A stretch of DNA of 45,399 nucleotides from an uncultured delta proteobacterium (GCA_963789395.1 CAWBKP010000023.1:1-45399); one strand, 5' to 3'; shown: positions 29,143 through 40,727, counted from the stretch's first letter. Numbers and translations: made by a program. The notes: generated by a model from the sequence alone, not told the origin.

Positions 29143-29988
29143 ATGATTGATGCAGCAACACAGGTCTTTGCAGTGATGGGAAACCCGGTTCGCCACAGCC
29201 TGAGCCCGGCGATGTTTAACCGGGCTTTTTTAAAAACCGGATACAACGGCGTGTATGCGGCCTTTCAGGTCACTGAGATCAAAGACGGCATGGCCGCGAT
29301 GCGTTCCCTGGGCATCCGGGGAGCCAGCATCACCATTCCGCACAAAGTATCGATTCTGGATTTCCTGGATGAACTGGACCCTGCGGCAGAAAGCATCGGC
29401 GCCGTGAATACGGTCATCAACCAGGATGGCCGGCTCAAGGGATACAACTCGGACTGCCTGGGCGCCGTCAAAGCGCTGGAAGAAATCACCCGACTCGAGG
29501 GGAAAAAAGTTGCCATCATCGGCGCTGGCGGGGCAGCACGCGCCATCGGTTTTGGCGTCAAATCCCGCGGGTCCGCAATTACAATTATCAACCGGAGCAT
29601 TTCAAACGGAGAAAAACTGGCTACTTCGCTGGAGGCGGATTATATTCCCATTTCAGCGGTTCGCGCTCTTCCCTTTGACATTCTGATCCAGACCACATCC
29701 GTCGGCATGACGCCGCATGTCTATCAGTCCCCGGTTCCGGATGCGTTGTTAACCCGGGACCTTCTGGTCATGGATATCGTGTACGCGCCGCTGCAAACCC
29801 GGCTTTTAAAAGATGCCGCTGATGCCGGGTGCCGGACAATCAACGGCCTTTCCATGTTCATTCATCAGGCCGCGTTTCAATTTGAGCTGTGGACCCAACT
29901 CCCTGCGCCTCTGGACGTCATGAAACACTCCCTGATGGACTGCCTGGACATTCCTCGCAAAGACCCTTCACACAAGAGAGACGCATGA
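29143..29988 (+). CDS. aroE: Shikimate dehydrogenase
   Basis: GNPVRHSLSP, SITIPHK, GAVNT, NSD, GAGGAARA, DIVYAP. Confidence 0.95.
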   Translation: MIDAATQVFAVMGNPVRHSLSPAMFNRAFLKTGYNGVYAAFQVTEIKDGMAAMRSLGIRGASITIPHKVSILDFLDELDPAAESIGAVNTVINQDGRLKGYNSDCLGAVKALEEITRLEGKKVAIIGAGGAARAIGFGVKSRGSAITIINRSISNGEKLATSLEADYIPISAVRALPFDILIQTTSVGMTPHVYQSPVPDALLTRDLLVMDIVYAPLQTRLLKDAADAGCRTINGLSMFIHQAAFQFELWTQLPAPLDVMKHSLMDCLDIPRKDPSHKRDA

Positions 29989-31244
29989 TCGAAATTCAAA
30001 CACGCCCCATTCGAAACACCACTGTCAGGGTACCGGGATCCAAGAGTTACACGCACCGCGCCCTCATCGTTTCCGCACTGTCCGACGGCGAATGCGTCAT
30101 CCTGAACGGACTGGACAGCGAGGATACCCGGCTGACCCGAGACGCACTTCGCCAGATGGGCATTTTCATTGATCAGGATTCTGCATCGTGGCGGATACTG
30201 GGAGGCCATGGCAGGTTGCAGCCTTGCAGCAACCCGATTTTTCTGGGCAATTCCGGAACATCCATGAGGCTTCTTGCAGCTGTTTGTGCTCTGGGAGCAG
30301 ACAAATATATTTTGACAGGAACCCCGCGCATGCAGGAGCGGCCCATACAGGATCTTCTGGAAGGACTGCATCAGATTGGCGTCAAAACGACATCGCTTGG
30401 GCGTCCGGGCTGCCCGCCGATTGAAATTGAAGCCTGTGCGATTTCCGGAGGCCGTGTATCACTGAACTGCGGCACCAGCAGCCAGTATCTTTCAGCCCTT
30501 CTTCTCATCTCTCCCTTCACACTGAACGGCCTGGAGATCGTCGTTACCGAGGGGCCGGTATCCAAACCCTATATTGACATGACAATCGACATCATGCATC
30601 AGGCCGGAGTCAGTGTGACACGAGACGGGTATCAGCGCTTTCAGATCGCCGGAAACCAGACGTACCGGTCCGGAAAATTCTGCGTGGAGGCTGATATCTC
30701 CCAGGCCGGATATTTCTGGGCAGCCGCCGCGGTGACCGGGGCCACAATTACCGTTGACGGCGTATCGCAGGCTTCCCGTCAGGGGGACCTGCGGCTTCTG
30801 GATGTATTTTCGGCCATGGGATGCTCGACACATGTTGAACCAAACGGCATTTCCGTTACCGGCGCAGAGCTTACGGCTGTTGAAGTGGATATGGGTGCCA
30901 TGCCTGATATGGTTCCGACCCTTGCTGTTGTGGCTGCTTTTGCAACGGGCAAAACCGTCATCACCAACGTGGGGCACTTGAAAGCCAAGGAAAGCGACAG
31001 GCTCGGATCGGTTGTAACAGAACTCCGAAAACTGGGCATCGCGGCCGGTTGCAGCGATACAGCCATGTGGATAGAGGGTGGAAAGGCAAGCGCCGCCCTG
31101 ATTGACCCGCACAACGATCACCGCCTTGCCATGAGCTTTGCCGTCGCAGGACTCAAAACACCCGGCATCCGGATTGACAATGAAACCTGCGTGGAAAAAT
31201 CCTTCCCCGAATTCTGGAAGGTTTTTGAAAGCCTGTATCCATGA
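29985..31244 (+). CDS. aroA: EPSP synthase
   Basis: PGSKSYTHRAL, GNSGTSMR, SSQYLS, KESDR, DHRLAM, KSFP. Confidence 0.95.
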   Translation: MIEIQTRPIRNTTVRVPGSKSYTHRALIVSALSDGECVILNGLDSEDTRLTRDALRQMGIFIDQDSASWRILGGHGRLQPCSNPIFLGNSGTSMRLLAAVCALGADKYILTGTPRMQERPIQDLLEGLHQIGVKTTSLGRPGCPPIEIEACAISGGRVSLNCGTSSQYLSALLLISPFTLNGLEIVVTEGPVSKPYIDMTIDIMHQAGVSVTRDGYQRFQIAGNQTYRSGKFCVEADISQAGYFWAAAAVTGATITVDGVSQASRQGDLRLLDVFSAMGCSTHVEPNGISVTGAELTAVEVDMGAMPDMVPTLAVVAAFATGKTVITNVGHLKAKESDRLGSVVTELRKLGIAAGCSDTAMWIEGGKASAALIDPHNDHRLAMSFAVAGLKTPGIRIDNETCVEKSFPEFWKVFESLYP

Positions 31245-31765
31245 ACATCTATCTGATCGGATACCGCTGCAGTGGAAAGACGTCCGTGGGCATAACACTT
31301 TCAAAGCTTCTGGATTGGCCGTTTCTGGATACCGATGCGGCGGTGGTTCAAAATGCCGGCATGACCATCACCGATATTGTTGCAAAAAACGGCTGGGATG
31401 CTTTCAGAGACATGGAAAAAAGCGCGATTGACCGGAGCGTCTTGTTGAACCGCCATGTCATTGCAACCGGCGGCGGAGTGATCCTGAATCCGGACAATGT
31501 CCGGAACATGAAAAAATCCGGGCGGGTGGTCTGGCTCAGGGTCGGCCCGAAAACGGTCAAAGCCCGGATGGCAGGTGATCCCGAAACCCTTGTCCAGCGG
31601 CCGGACCTGACATCAGTTGGCAGCATGAATGAAATCGAAACCGTTCTTCTTGCCAGGCAGCCGATTTACGAAAAGGCCTGCCATCTGACAGTGGACACCG
31701 ACATACTGGGAATTGACGCCATTTGCCAGATAATTCTTGAAAACATCCACAAAGGAAATGCATGA
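31241..31765 (+). CDS. aroK: Shikimate kinase
   Basis: [27 protein letters not shown]. Confidence 0.93.
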   Translation: MNIYLIGYRCSGKTSVGITLSKLLDWPFLDTDAAVVQNAGMTITDIVAKNGWDAFRDMEKSAIDRSVLLNRHVIATGGGVILNPDNVRNMKKSGRVVWLRVGPKTVKARMAGDPETLVQRPDLTSVGSMNEIETVLLARQPIYEKACHLTVDTDILGIDAICQIILENIHKGNA

Positions 31766-32829
31766 TGTCAGGCAATTCATTTGGAACGCTTTTTCGCATC
31801 ACTACCTGGGGAGAATCCCACGGCCCGGGAATCGGCGTGGTGGTTGACGGCTGTCCGCCCGGACTGCATCTGGATGAGGCCGTGATTCAATCGGCCCTGG
31901 ACCGGAGAAAACCCGGGGGATCATCCGCCAGCACCCGGCGAAAGGAACCGGATAAGGCCGTCATTCTTTCCGGCGTGTTTGAGGGCAAAACCACGGGAAC
32001 GCCCATTGCCATCCTGATCGCCAATACGGACGCCGATTCAAGGTCATACGCACCATATGCCGAACTCTATCGTCCCGGCCATGGCGATATCACCTATCAG
32101 TCAAAATACGGCATCCGGGACTGGCGCGGCGGCGGCAGGGCTTCGGCCCGCGAAACCGCCGCAAGGGTGGCCGCAGGCGCTGTCGCCGGTCTGCTTCTGG
32201 ATCAATCGGGAATTCAAGTGGTTTCCTATACGCTGGAGCTTGGCGGCGTCCGGGCCGGCGTAACGGATTTAAGCCAGATTCACCAGAACCCGTTCAGGTG
32301 CCCGGACAAAGCCGCTGCAAAGGCGATGGCCGACCGGGTGGAGCAGGTGCGAAAACAGGGGGACTCCATTGGCGGCATTGTTGAAATCCGTGTCACCGGC
32401 GCTCCCGCCGGTCTGGGCGAACCGGTTTTTGACAAGCTGGATGCTGATCTGGCAAAGGCATTGATGAGTATCGGAGCCGTCAAGGGTGTAGAAATCGGGG
32501 ACGGGTTTACAGCCGCATGCCGGTTGGGTTCCGAAAACAACGACCCCATTACCCCTGAGGGTTTTTCGTCCAATCATGCCGGCGGCATACTGGCCGGCAT
32601 TTCAAACGGAGATGAGATTCGGGTCCGGGTTGCCGTAAAACCCATTCCCTCCATTTCGCTGGACCAGCAGACCATCAACAGCCGGAATGAGCCTGTTACC
32701 GTTTCGGTCAAGGGCCGCCATGACGTATCGGCCATTCCCCGCATCAATCCGGTCTGCGAAGCCATGGTGAAGCTGGTTCTGGCGGATCATCTCCTGAGGC
32801 AGAGAGCCATATTCAATACGAAGATATGA
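31765..32829 (+). CDS. aroC: Chorismate synthase
   Basis: [43 protein letters not shown]. Confidence 0.96.
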   Translation: MSGNSFGTLFRITTWGESHGPGIGVVVDGCPPGLHLDEAVIQSALDRRKPGGSSASTRRKEPDKAVILSGVFEGKTTGTPIAILIANTDADSRSYAPYAELYRPGHGDITYQSKYGIRDWRGGGRASARETAARVAAGAVAGLLLDQSGIQVVSYTLELGGVRAGVTDLSQIHQNPFRCPDKAAAKAMADRVEQVRKQGDSIGGIVEIRVTGAPAGLGEPVFDKLDADLAKALMSIGAVKGVEIGDGFTAACRLGSENNDPITPEGFSSNHAGGILAGISNGDEIRVRVAVKPIPSISLDQQTINSRNEPVTVSVKGRHDVSAIPRINPVCEAMVKLVLADHLLRQRAIFNTKI

Positions 32830-32832
32830 TAA

Positions 32833-32880
32833 CTTCCCCCTTTGAAAAAGGGGGATTGAGGGGGGAAATCCTTTTCATGG
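32833..32880. repeat. Single REP-like copy
   Basis: CTTCCCCCTTTGAAAAAGGGGGATTGAGGGGG, nearly identical to the reverse complement of 27903-27934. Confidence 0.75.
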
Positions 32881-32930
32881 TCAAATATTCATCGTTAACA
32901 GAAGATGGGAAAAAGGAGAGTCTTCATTTT

Positions 32931-33845
32931 ATGAAACCGAGAAGAACCATATTGTCCGTGCCCGGACATGTAGAAAAAATGCACGACAAGGCCCTGAACT
33001 CCGGCAGCGACGCCATCATGCTGGATCTTGAAGACAGCGTCCCCGTGGATATCAAGGCGGAGGCCCGCGGCCGGATCATCCAGTCGCTGTTATCCCGCGA
33101 CTGGAGCCGAAAAACCGTCCTGTTCCGGATGAACGGCCTGGACACCCCGTTCGGGTACCGGGATCTTCTGGAAGTCGTGGAAGCCGCCGGACCCGTTATT
33201 GACGCCGTCGTAGTTCCCAAAATCAACCACCCGGGTGATGTTCATTTTGTCAGCCGGATGCTGGACGGTATAGAGCTGAACAAGGAATGGACCAAACGAA
33301 TCGGCATTGAAGCTTCCATCGAAACCGCGGCAGGGCTTGAAGCAGTCTCTGAAATTGCAAAGGCCGGCGACCGGATTCAAACGCTGGTCTTCGGGGTTGC
33401 GGATTATTCTGCCTCAATCGGCGCCAGGCTGATTTCCATTTCCGGACACGGTGAAAAAGAGGCGGAAATCTATCCGGGACACCGGTGGCATTTTGCCATG
33501 AGCCGGATAGCGATGGCCGCAAAAGCAACTGGTCTTCAAGCCATTGACGCGCCTTACGGCAATTTCAAAGACCCCGAAGGGCTGAAACTGGGAGCTGGAA
33601 TGGCCTGCGCCCTGGGATATGACGGCAAATGGGCCATTCACCCCGATCAGATCGACATCATCAATCAGACGTTTTCACCCTCACCCGAAGATATCGACCG
33701 GGCCAGAAAGGTTCTGGACGCCTATCGCGAGGCAACCGTCAAGGGCCTGGGAGCCGTGGCCGTGGAGGGCCGGATGGTGGATCAGGCAACCGTGCGGCTG
33801 GCAGCAATGCTCTGGGAGCAGGCCGGTTACCTGGGCCTGGTTTAA
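32931..33845 (+). CDS. CitE/malyl-CoA lyase-family CoA ester lyase
   Basis: DLEDSV, SIETAAG, FGVADYS, GYDGKWAIHPDQI, GRMVD; AAGGAG SD before ATG 32931. Confidence 0.9.
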   Translation: MKPRRTILSVPGHVEKMHDKALNSGSDAIMLDLEDSVPVDIKAEARGRIIQSLLSRDWSRKTVLFRMNGLDTPFGYRDLLEVVEAAGPVIDAVVVPKINHPGDVHFVSRMLDGIELNKEWTKRIGIEASIETAAGLEAVSEIAKAGDRIQTLVFGVADYSASIGARLISISGHGEKEAEIYPGHRWHFAMSRIAMAAKATGLQAIDAPYGNFKDPEGLKLGAGMACALGYDGKWAIHPDQIDIINQTFSPSPEDIDRARKVLDAYREATVKGLGAVAVEGRMVDQATVRLAAMLWEQAGYLGLV

Positions 33846-33864
33846 ATTGGACTGGCATGCATTA

Positions 33865-34872
33865 TCATGCAAACCGGTAAATAGCGGCGCCCCAGGTGAG
33901 CCCGGCACCCAGCCCAATAAACATGACCGTGCTGCCGGTTTTTAAAAGCCCTTTTTCGATGGCCTCGTCAAAAGCGATCGGAATGCTGGCCGCCGTTGTG
34001 TTGCCGTAACGCTGAATGTTGTTGAAGATTTTTTCATCCGGCAGATCCATCGCTTTTTGAAATGCCTGGTTGATGCGCAGATTGGCCTGATGCGGAATGA
34101 ACAGGTCGATATCGTTCAGCGCCAGCCCGGCTTTTTCCAGAGCTTCCTGGGCAACCTGGGGAAGACGGCGGACCGCATGCTTGAACACGGACCTGCCGTC
34201 CATGGTGGGATAATGGCGGCCTTCCCGGAGCATGGCCTCGCTGAGCCGGGGGTTCAGGCGGGAAGCCGGCGCTTCCGTCATCAGGCTGGTTGCAAATTCC
34301 CCCTGTGCGTGCAGCACGGTAGCCAGCACCCCGCAGGGCCGATCCGTTTCAACCCCTTCCAGACATAATGCGCCGGCGCCGTCTCCAAAAATTACCGTGA
34401 CATCTCTGCCTCGGGTGGAAAGATCCAGGCCCGAACTGTGGACTTCAGCGCCGACAAAGAGAATTCGATTGTAAAGGCCGCTTCGGATAAAGGCGTCAGC
34501 CGCGGCAACGCCATAGACAAATCCGGAGCATTGCTGCCGGATATCCAGTGCCGGAGTGGTTTCCAGCCCCAGTTTGTGCTGAAGCAGACACCCGGGACCC
34601 GGAAAGTAGATATCCGGGCTGAGGGTGGCAAAAATGATCAGGTCAATGTCATCCGGCCTCCAGCCTGCCCGTTCGAGCGCGATTTTTGACGCCTCAAAAC
34701 CCAGGTCCGACACCCCGACCCCGCCTTCTTCAGGGACCCAGTACCGCTGTTCAATGCCTGTGCGCTGTCGAATCCATTCATCGGAAGTATCCATCCACAG
34801 CGCCAGATCGTCGTTGGTAACCAGGCGGGTGGGAAGACACCGGCCGGTTCCGGAAATCATGGTTTGTTTCAT
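33865..34872 (-). CDS. fabH: 3-oxoacyl-ACP synthase III
   Basis: QCSGF, FGDGAGA, PHQANLRI, YGNTTAAS, GAGLTWG. Confidence 0.93.
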   Translation of the reverse strand: MKQTMISGTGRCLPTRLVTNDDLALWMDTSDEWIRQRTGIEQRYWVPEEGGVGVSDLGFEASKIALERAGWRPDDIDLIIFATLSPDIYFPGPGCLLQHKLGLETTPALDIRQQCSGFVYGVAAADAFIRSGLYNRILFVGAEVHSSGLDLSTRGRDVTVIFGDGAGALCLEGVETDRPCGVLATVLHAQGEFATSLMTEAPASRLNPRLSEAMLREGRHYPTMDGRSVFKHAVRRLPQVAQEALEKAGLALNDIDLFIPHQANLRINQAFQKAMDLPDEKIFNNIQRYGNTTAASIPIAFDEAIEKGLLKTGSTVMFIGLGAGLTWGAAIYRFA

Positions 34873-34946
34873 CTTATGCCCATCCTCTCATCGAAAACAT
34901 GCCGAACCTGATGCATACCGTTTCTTTCTGATCCCGTTATCAATCT

Positions 34947-35444
34947 CTATACTTTATACTTTCCGAATTCATCAGAGGAAAGATTTTTCAGATATTCGGC
35001 CCATTTTCGTCCTTCTTCGCTGTCATCCGCAGCATGAACCGGTTCATTGTTTTTATTGGATTTCAGAAACACCATTTCATCCACAAATATCGGGGCATCC
35101 GCCCGAAGCGCAATGGCAATGGCATCGCTGGGCCTGGAATCCAGGCTGAAAGATGCCTCGGAAGCTGTAAAGTTGATCTTTGCAAAAAAGGTGCTGTCCT
35201 TGATATCACAGACCTCAACGCTGGTAACGGCTGCCCCGGTCAACCGGACAAAATTCAGAAACAGGTCATGGGTCATGGGCCGATCAAAATGGATGTTCTT
35301 CAGCGAAGTGGCGATGGCTGTTGCTTCCATGAGGCCGATCCATATCGGAATCACCTGATCGTTTTCTTCAGACTTCAGGATCAGGATAGGCGTATTGGAA
35401 TCCGGATCCAGGATCAGTCCTGAAACAGACACTTTATGTTGCAC
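34947..35444 (-). CDS. Bifunctional nuclease family protein (DUF151)
   Basis: IPIWIGLMEA, RPMTHDL, DSRPSDAIAIALR. Confidence 0.9.
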   Translation of the reverse strand: MQHKVSVSGLILDPDSNTPILILKSEENDQVIPIWIGLMEATAIATSLKNIHFDRPMTHDLFLNFVRLTGAAVTSVEVCDIKDSTFFAKINFTASEASFSLDSRPSDAIAIALRADAPIFVDEMVFLKSNKNNEPVHAADDSEEGRKWAEYLKNLSSDEFGKYKV

Positions 35445-35447
35445 CGA

Positions 35448-36821
35448 TCATTCCTCCTGCAAAACAGGCTTTCCCCAAAGCGAATGTGAAAAGGCTTTTT
35501 CAATTCGAATCGTCTTCAGCCTGCCGATATTGCCGGATCCGGAAAGTCGTTCCGGCTCCGGGAAATGCACGATTTTATGCCCGGGGGTTCTGCCGTACCA
35601 CTGAGTGGTTGCATCATGGGAGACTTCAGTCGAATTTACCCGCTGGCTGATGCCCTCCACCAGAACCACCTGAACAGAATGGACCATGGACTGATTTTTT
35701 TCAAGTGTAATGGCTTCCTGAAGCCCGAGAACCTGCTGAAGCCGCTGCGCTTTTTCAGCTTCGGATATTTTTTCAGAAAAATGTGCCGCCGGGGCATTGG
35801 GGCGATCCGAATACATGAAGGCAAATAACCCATCATAGCCCACCTGCCGTATCAGGGAAAGGGTCTCTTCAAAATCATCCGGTGTTTCTCCGGGAAACCC
35901 GACAATGATGTCAGTTGTGATGGCGATATCCGGGCAGGCTTTTCGAAGCCGGGCAATTTTTTCCAGATACATATCCCGCGTATATTTCCGGTTCATGCGG
36001 GACAGAATATGCGTCGATCCGGATTGTACCGGCAGATGAATATGCTTGCATAATTTATCCAGCCGGTTAAAGGTTGCGATCAGGCCATCGGAAAGATCCT
36101 TGGGGTGGGATGTGGTAAACCGGATGCGAAGCAGTCCCTCGATCCCGTTCACACGGGTTAACAACGCTGCAAAGTCGCAAAGCCCTTCCTTTTTACCATA
36201 GCTGTTGACATTCTGCCCGAGCAGCGTCACCTCACGGATACCGGAGTCCGCAAGCGCTTGAATCTCAGACAGAATTCGCTCCGGAGAGCGGCTCATCTCT
36301 CTGCCCCGCACGTATGGAACCACGCAATAGGTACAGTAATTATCGCACCCCTGCATGATCGTTACAAACCGGCTGATTTGATCTGCGTTAGCAGAGGCCG
36401 TGTACACCGGGCTTTCCTGAATGGTATCGGATAGCGCCACATCCACCAGTCGCGCTCCCGAGGTTTCCACCTGTTGGACCAGAACCGGAAGCCGGCTGAC
36501 GGCATGTGTTCCGAATACCAGATCCAGATACGGCGCGCGATCCAGGATTTTGCGGCCTTCCTGCTGAGCGACGCAGCCCCCGACACCAATGATCAACTCC
36601 GGATTCTTTCGTTTCAGTCCGGCCATACGACCCAGGAAACTGAACACCTTCTGCTCTGCCTTTTCCCGAATCGCACAGGTATTCAGTATTACCAGATCGG
36701 CGGATTCCGGCTCCGAAACCTGCCGGTACCCCAGAGGCACCAGGCCCCCGGCGATTCGCTCGGAGTCGTAAACATTCATCTGGCAGCCGATGGTGTGAAT
36801 ATATACGGTTTTGGGATACAT
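35448..36821 (-). CDS. miaB: tRNA methylthiotransferase MiaB
   Basis: GCQMNVYDS, NTCAIREKAE, GCDNYCTYCVVPYVRG, LLGQNVNSY, TRAM domain. Confidence 0.96.
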   Translation of the reverse strand: MYPKTVYIHTIGCQMNVYDSERIAGGLVPLGYRQVSEPESADLVILNTCAIREKAEQKVFSFLGRMAGLKRKNPELIIGVGGCVAQQEGRKILDRAPYLDLVFGTHAVSRLPVLVQQVETSGARLVDVALSDTIQESPVYTASANADQISRFVTIMQGCDNYCTYCVVPYVRGREMSRSPERILSEIQALADSGIREVTLLGQNVNSYGKKEGLCDFAALLTRVNGIEGLLRIRFTTSHPKDLSDGLIATFNRLDKLCKHIHLPVQSGSTHILSRMNRKYTRDMYLEKIARLRKACPDIAITTDIIVGFPGETPDDFEETLSLIRQVGYDGLFAFMYSDRPNAPAAHFSEKISEAEKAQRLQQVLGLQEAITLEKNQSMVHSVQVVLVEGISQRVNSTEVSHDATTQWYGRTPGHKIVHFPEPERLSGSGNIGRLKTIRIEKAFSHSLWGKPVLQEE

Positions 36822-37126
36822 CATGAGTCGCTATGCGTTGTTCCTTTCCGATCCTCCGGCAAAACAGCTTCCATGTAAACCTGCTTTTGCAGATCCTGAA
36901 GCACGGTTTCAACATCCGGCTCGCATCCCGGAGCGATATTCAAGACGATAAGCCCGGTTGCGGGATTCAGTGTGGTAACGCCGGCAATTCCCTCATACCC
37001 TTCAAAAGTGAACCGCATCAGGCTGATAGCCTTTCGATCAACCCGGTAATAGCGCTGAATGGTTTTCAAGAAAAATCTTCCTTCGACGTCGCCATCGTTT
37101 ATTAAAGGGCACGTAATTCCATGCAC
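36821..37126 (-). CDS. DUF4911-like small protein (start uncertain)
   Basis: ISLMRFTFEGYEGIAGVTTL..IAPGC; upstream of miaB. Confidence 0.65.
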   Translation of the reverse strand: MHGITCPLINDGDVEGRFFLKTIQRYYRVDRKAISLMRFTFEGYEGIAGVTTLNPATGLIVLNIAPGCEPDVETVLQDLQKQVYMEAVLPEDRKGTTHSDS

Positions 37127-37316
37127 ACGGCTTCGGCAGTGCGCAAGGGGATCATAAAAACCAGAAGGCTTTAATCATTCCGGCACTGCTTCTGTCTATG
37201 CTATCATCTTCTTTTCCAACTGATCAATAAAAAATCGGTAAAGAAATGACGGTCCCGATTTCTTCGACACGGTTTTAGGTTGTTGAAAAACGAATTATCC
37301 GCTATATGCCCGACAT

Positions 37317-39091
37317 ATGAAAAAATGGAATATCATTCAGCCGAATCAGCCAGAGACCGATGTGGTCAATCGGCTCTGCGCCCATCTCGGGTGCAGTTCT
37401 GTTGTTGCATCCCTTCTGGCAAACCGGGGCATCGACTCCCCGGCCCTTGCAGACCGTTTTCTGAATCCGTCTTTCCACCATTTATCCGTCCCGTCTGCAA
37501 TGAAGGATATGGACACGGCCGTCAGCCGCATCCATGACGCCATCCTGCATCAGGAACGCATTTTGATTTTTGGGGATTACGATGTGGACGGCGTCACAGC
37601 AGTGGTTCTTATCACCGAATTTTTAATAACCGCCGGCGCCAAGGTCTCTTTCTATATTCCGCATCGTGAAACCGAAGGGTACGGGCTGAAACCATGCCAT
37701 ATCCGCGATCCTGCCATCACAAACGCCATCAATCTCATTATAACGGCCGATTGCGGATCCAGCAGCCATGAAGCCATACGTATGGCGCGCACTGGCTGGA
37801 ATCGATGTCATCATTACCGATCATCACACGATATCACAGCCCATACCCGAAGCGCTTGCAGTGGTGAATCCCAAACGAGACGACTGCCCTTCCGGCGCAG
37901 AAAATCTGGCTGGCGTAGGCGTTGCATTTTTTCTGGTCATCAACCTGCGCAAGTATCTTCGGGATCGCGGGTTCTGGACGTCCCGAAATGAGCCCAATTT
38001 AAAAAACGCATGCGACCTTGTGGCGCTGGGCACTGTCGCGGACATGGTTCCCTTGACCGGCGACAACCGGATCTTTGTCAAAGGCGGAATCGATATTATC
38101 AATTCTGGACCCCGCCCCGGCATTCAATCCCTGATGGAAATCAGCGGCATTCAACGTCCTTTTCTGAATTCAGAAGACATCGCCTTTAAACTGGCCCCCC
38201 GGCTGAATGCCGCAGGGAGAATGTCTCATGCAAATACAGCTGCCGACCTGCTGCTGACGCAAGACAGCCGAAAAGCGATGAGGGCGGCCGAAACGCTGAA
38301 TGCGCTGAACTGTGAAAGGCGCTCTGTCGAGCAGCGCATCCTGGATGATATTCAGCTTCGGCTTCAGAAAGATCCCGGACATCTCCAAGCAGGCGCGCTG
38401 GTGATGGCGGATGCGGCCTGGCCTCCCGGAATTCTGGGAATCGTGGCATCCAGGCTTGTCCGTCAGTATTTTTGCCCCGTTGTTCTGATTTCCACCCAAA
38501 ACGGGATCGGCAAAGGTTCTGCAAGAAGTATCCCGGAATTTGACCTGTATCAAGGCCTGAAGGCCTGTTCAGACAGCCTGATCGGATTCGGAGGCCATGC
38601 CGCAGCCGCCGGACTGGAAATCGCAACGGAAATGATTCCGGAATTTCAAAACCGGTTTACCCGGATGGCGGACAGCCGGCTATCACCGGGAGGTGCTTTT
38701 CCCGAAAATGGTCGTTGACGGCTTTCTGGATATCCAGGACATCACCCCGACCCTTATCGATGAGATCGACTCCCTGAAACCCTTTGGTACCGGAAACCCC
38801 GAACCGGTATTTCTGGCAAAAAACATTCACATCGCGTCGTCTGGAAGTGTCGGCAGAAACACCTGCAGGATGATACTGAAACCAGGGGACGGATCATCCG
38901 GCACAGGCATTTCAGCGGTTCAGTTCAATGTTGATTCCCCCCTGCCCCGGGAGTCGCACATCCGTGAAATGATCTATCGGTTGCGCTGGAATTGCTGGAA
39001 GGGAAATCGAACCCCGCAAATTCTTGTTGAAGACGCCATATTTTCCTTGCAATCGCCCATGAGCGAATCTATTATGAGCAGCGATGATTGA
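37317..39091 (+). CDS. recJ: ssDNA exonuclease RecJ (frameshifts near 37790 and 38690)
   Basis: GDYDVDG, ITADCG, TDHH, LGTVAD, PRLNAAGR, GSARS, FGGHAAAAG, PFGTGNPEP. Confidence 0.93.
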
Positions 39092-39225
39092 CGCATATCC
39101 GTCAAATTGACATGACTCACCCTATCCCTGACACAGCGTCATACAAGGGATGGTATCCAGCAGAAGTCATAATAATGTGTCATCAGCCCGTATCAGTCAA
39201 CCATTTATAAAAAAGGCGGCGTCCC

Positions 39226-39645
39226 ATGGCTAAAGTATTCCGGCCCAGCACTCGAGAATCCAACATTCTATCCAAAATTGAGTCCTCAAAAGAGCACGGG
39301 CGCAGAAAAGCCATCAGCGGACTCAAGGACTGCATCGAACCGCTTTCAAATGCCATTGCCATGAAACTGATCGAGAATAAACTGATCGAAACCACCAACA
39401 AAACCGGACTTGAACAGCAGATCGGCAAGAGTCTGGAGAAAATCGGCCATGCAGATGATTTCGACATTGACTTTCAGTCCTCCCCCTTCAGGCATGTAGC
39501 CGCCCATCCCCATGTGGTCAGCCTGTATTTGACCGCGTTCGTCATTGAACAGCTGATCAACCACAAGGATGTCGTGGATATATACGGCTCGGATGAAGAC
39601 ATTTACAGCTGTATCAACAAGCAGGTGACTAAATTTCTGCCATAG
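39226..39645 (+). CDS. Hypothetical protein
   Basis: 139-aa ORF with SD, 2 bp from the next gene. Confidence 0.75.
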   Translation: MAKVFRPSTRESNILSKIESSKEHGRRKAISGLKDCIEPLSNAIAMKLIENKLIETTNKTGLEQQIGKSLEKIGHADDFDIDFQSSPFRHVAAHPHVVSLYLTAFVIEQLINHKDVVDIYGSDEDIYSCINKQVTKFLP

Positions 39646-39647
39646 CC

Positions 39648-40655
39648 ATGCGCCCTTCGCTCCATCCCCGACTGATCAACGGACCGTTTGATGACCCCGG
39701 CCTTTACATTGCATTTATCTTTGAAAAAAATGCAATCCTCTTTGACCTTGGCGAACTTCACTCCCTTTCATCCAGAGACATCCTTAAAGTCAGCCATGTT
39801 TTTGTCACCCACACCCACATGGACCATTTTTCCGGATTTGACAGGCTGCTGCGGCTGTTTCTGGGCAGGAACAAGACCATTTCACTTTACGGGCCGAAAG
39901 GGTTGATCAGCAACGTAACGGGCAAGCTGGCCGGTTACTCCTGGAATCTTGTGGATAGCTACGACAATTTCTTTTCACTGAACATTACCGAAGTCCACCC
40001 GGATCGCCTGATCTGCTGTCGATTTTCCTGCCGCAACCGCTTTGTACCGGAAACACCCGTGGTTGAAAAACCCTTTAGCGATGTTCTGGTTGAAGAACCC
40101 GGATGGATCGTCTCCACAGCCATACTGGATCATGGCATTCCCTGTCTGGCATTTTCCATTCACGAAAAATTTCATATCAACATCAACAAAGACCGTCTCG
40201 AAAGCCTGGGCCTTGAAGTCGGCCCCTGGATAATGGATTTCAAACAGGCGCTGTTTGCCGGCAATGATTTATCCTCCGTCTTTCAGGTGATTGACGCAAA
40301 ACAACCGGAGCGCCATATCTCTTATACACTGGGATGGCTCAGCCGGGAAATCGCCGCTATTTCTTCGGGACAGAAAATCACCTATATCACGGATGCGGTT
40401 TTCAGCACTGGAAATATCGATAAAATAGTGGATCTGGCCAAAGGATCCGATCATCTCTTTATCGAGGCTGCTTTCCTGGAAGCCCACAGACAAATCGCCG
40501 AAGATAAATATCACCTGACCGCATGGCAGGCGGGGACATTGGCAAGAATGGCCGAAGTCAGACAGTTTACGATTTTTCATCACTCTCCCCGGTACACCGG
40601 CCAGGAAAACTTGTTGGCCGAAGAAGCCACGCGTGCATTTAACCGGCTGCCGTAA
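39648..40655 (+). CDS. RNase Z-like metallo-beta-lactamase
   Basis: LFDLG, THTHMDHF, LDHGIP, YITD, HLTA, HHSPRY. Confidence 0.85.
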   Translation: MRPSLHPRLINGPFDDPGLYIAFIFEKNAILFDLGELHSLSSRDILKVSHVFVTHTHMDHFSGFDRLLRLFLGRNKTISLYGPKGLISNVTGKLAGYSWNLVDSYDNFFSLNITEVHPDRLICCRFSCRNRFVPETPVVEKPFSDVLVEEPGWIVSTAILDHGIPCLAFSIHEKFHININKDRLESLGLEVGPWIMDFKQALFAGNDLSSVFQVIDAKQPERHISYTLGWLSREIAAISSGQKITYITDAVFSTGNIDKIVDLAKGSDHLFIEAAFLEAHRQIAEDKYHLTAWQAGTLARMAEVRQFTIFHHSPRYTGQENLLAEEATRAFNRLP

Positions 40656-40727
40656 ACTCCGGAGCACGCCCGGCCGGATGAAAGGATATCTTGAGTTTTT
40701 CACCAAAAGTACTTTGGGAGCTTTTTA

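Noticed and set aside
32826..32930. N-terminal extension of the CitE-like ORF
   Set aside because: It is a translation of the REP element; the SD supports ATG 32931.
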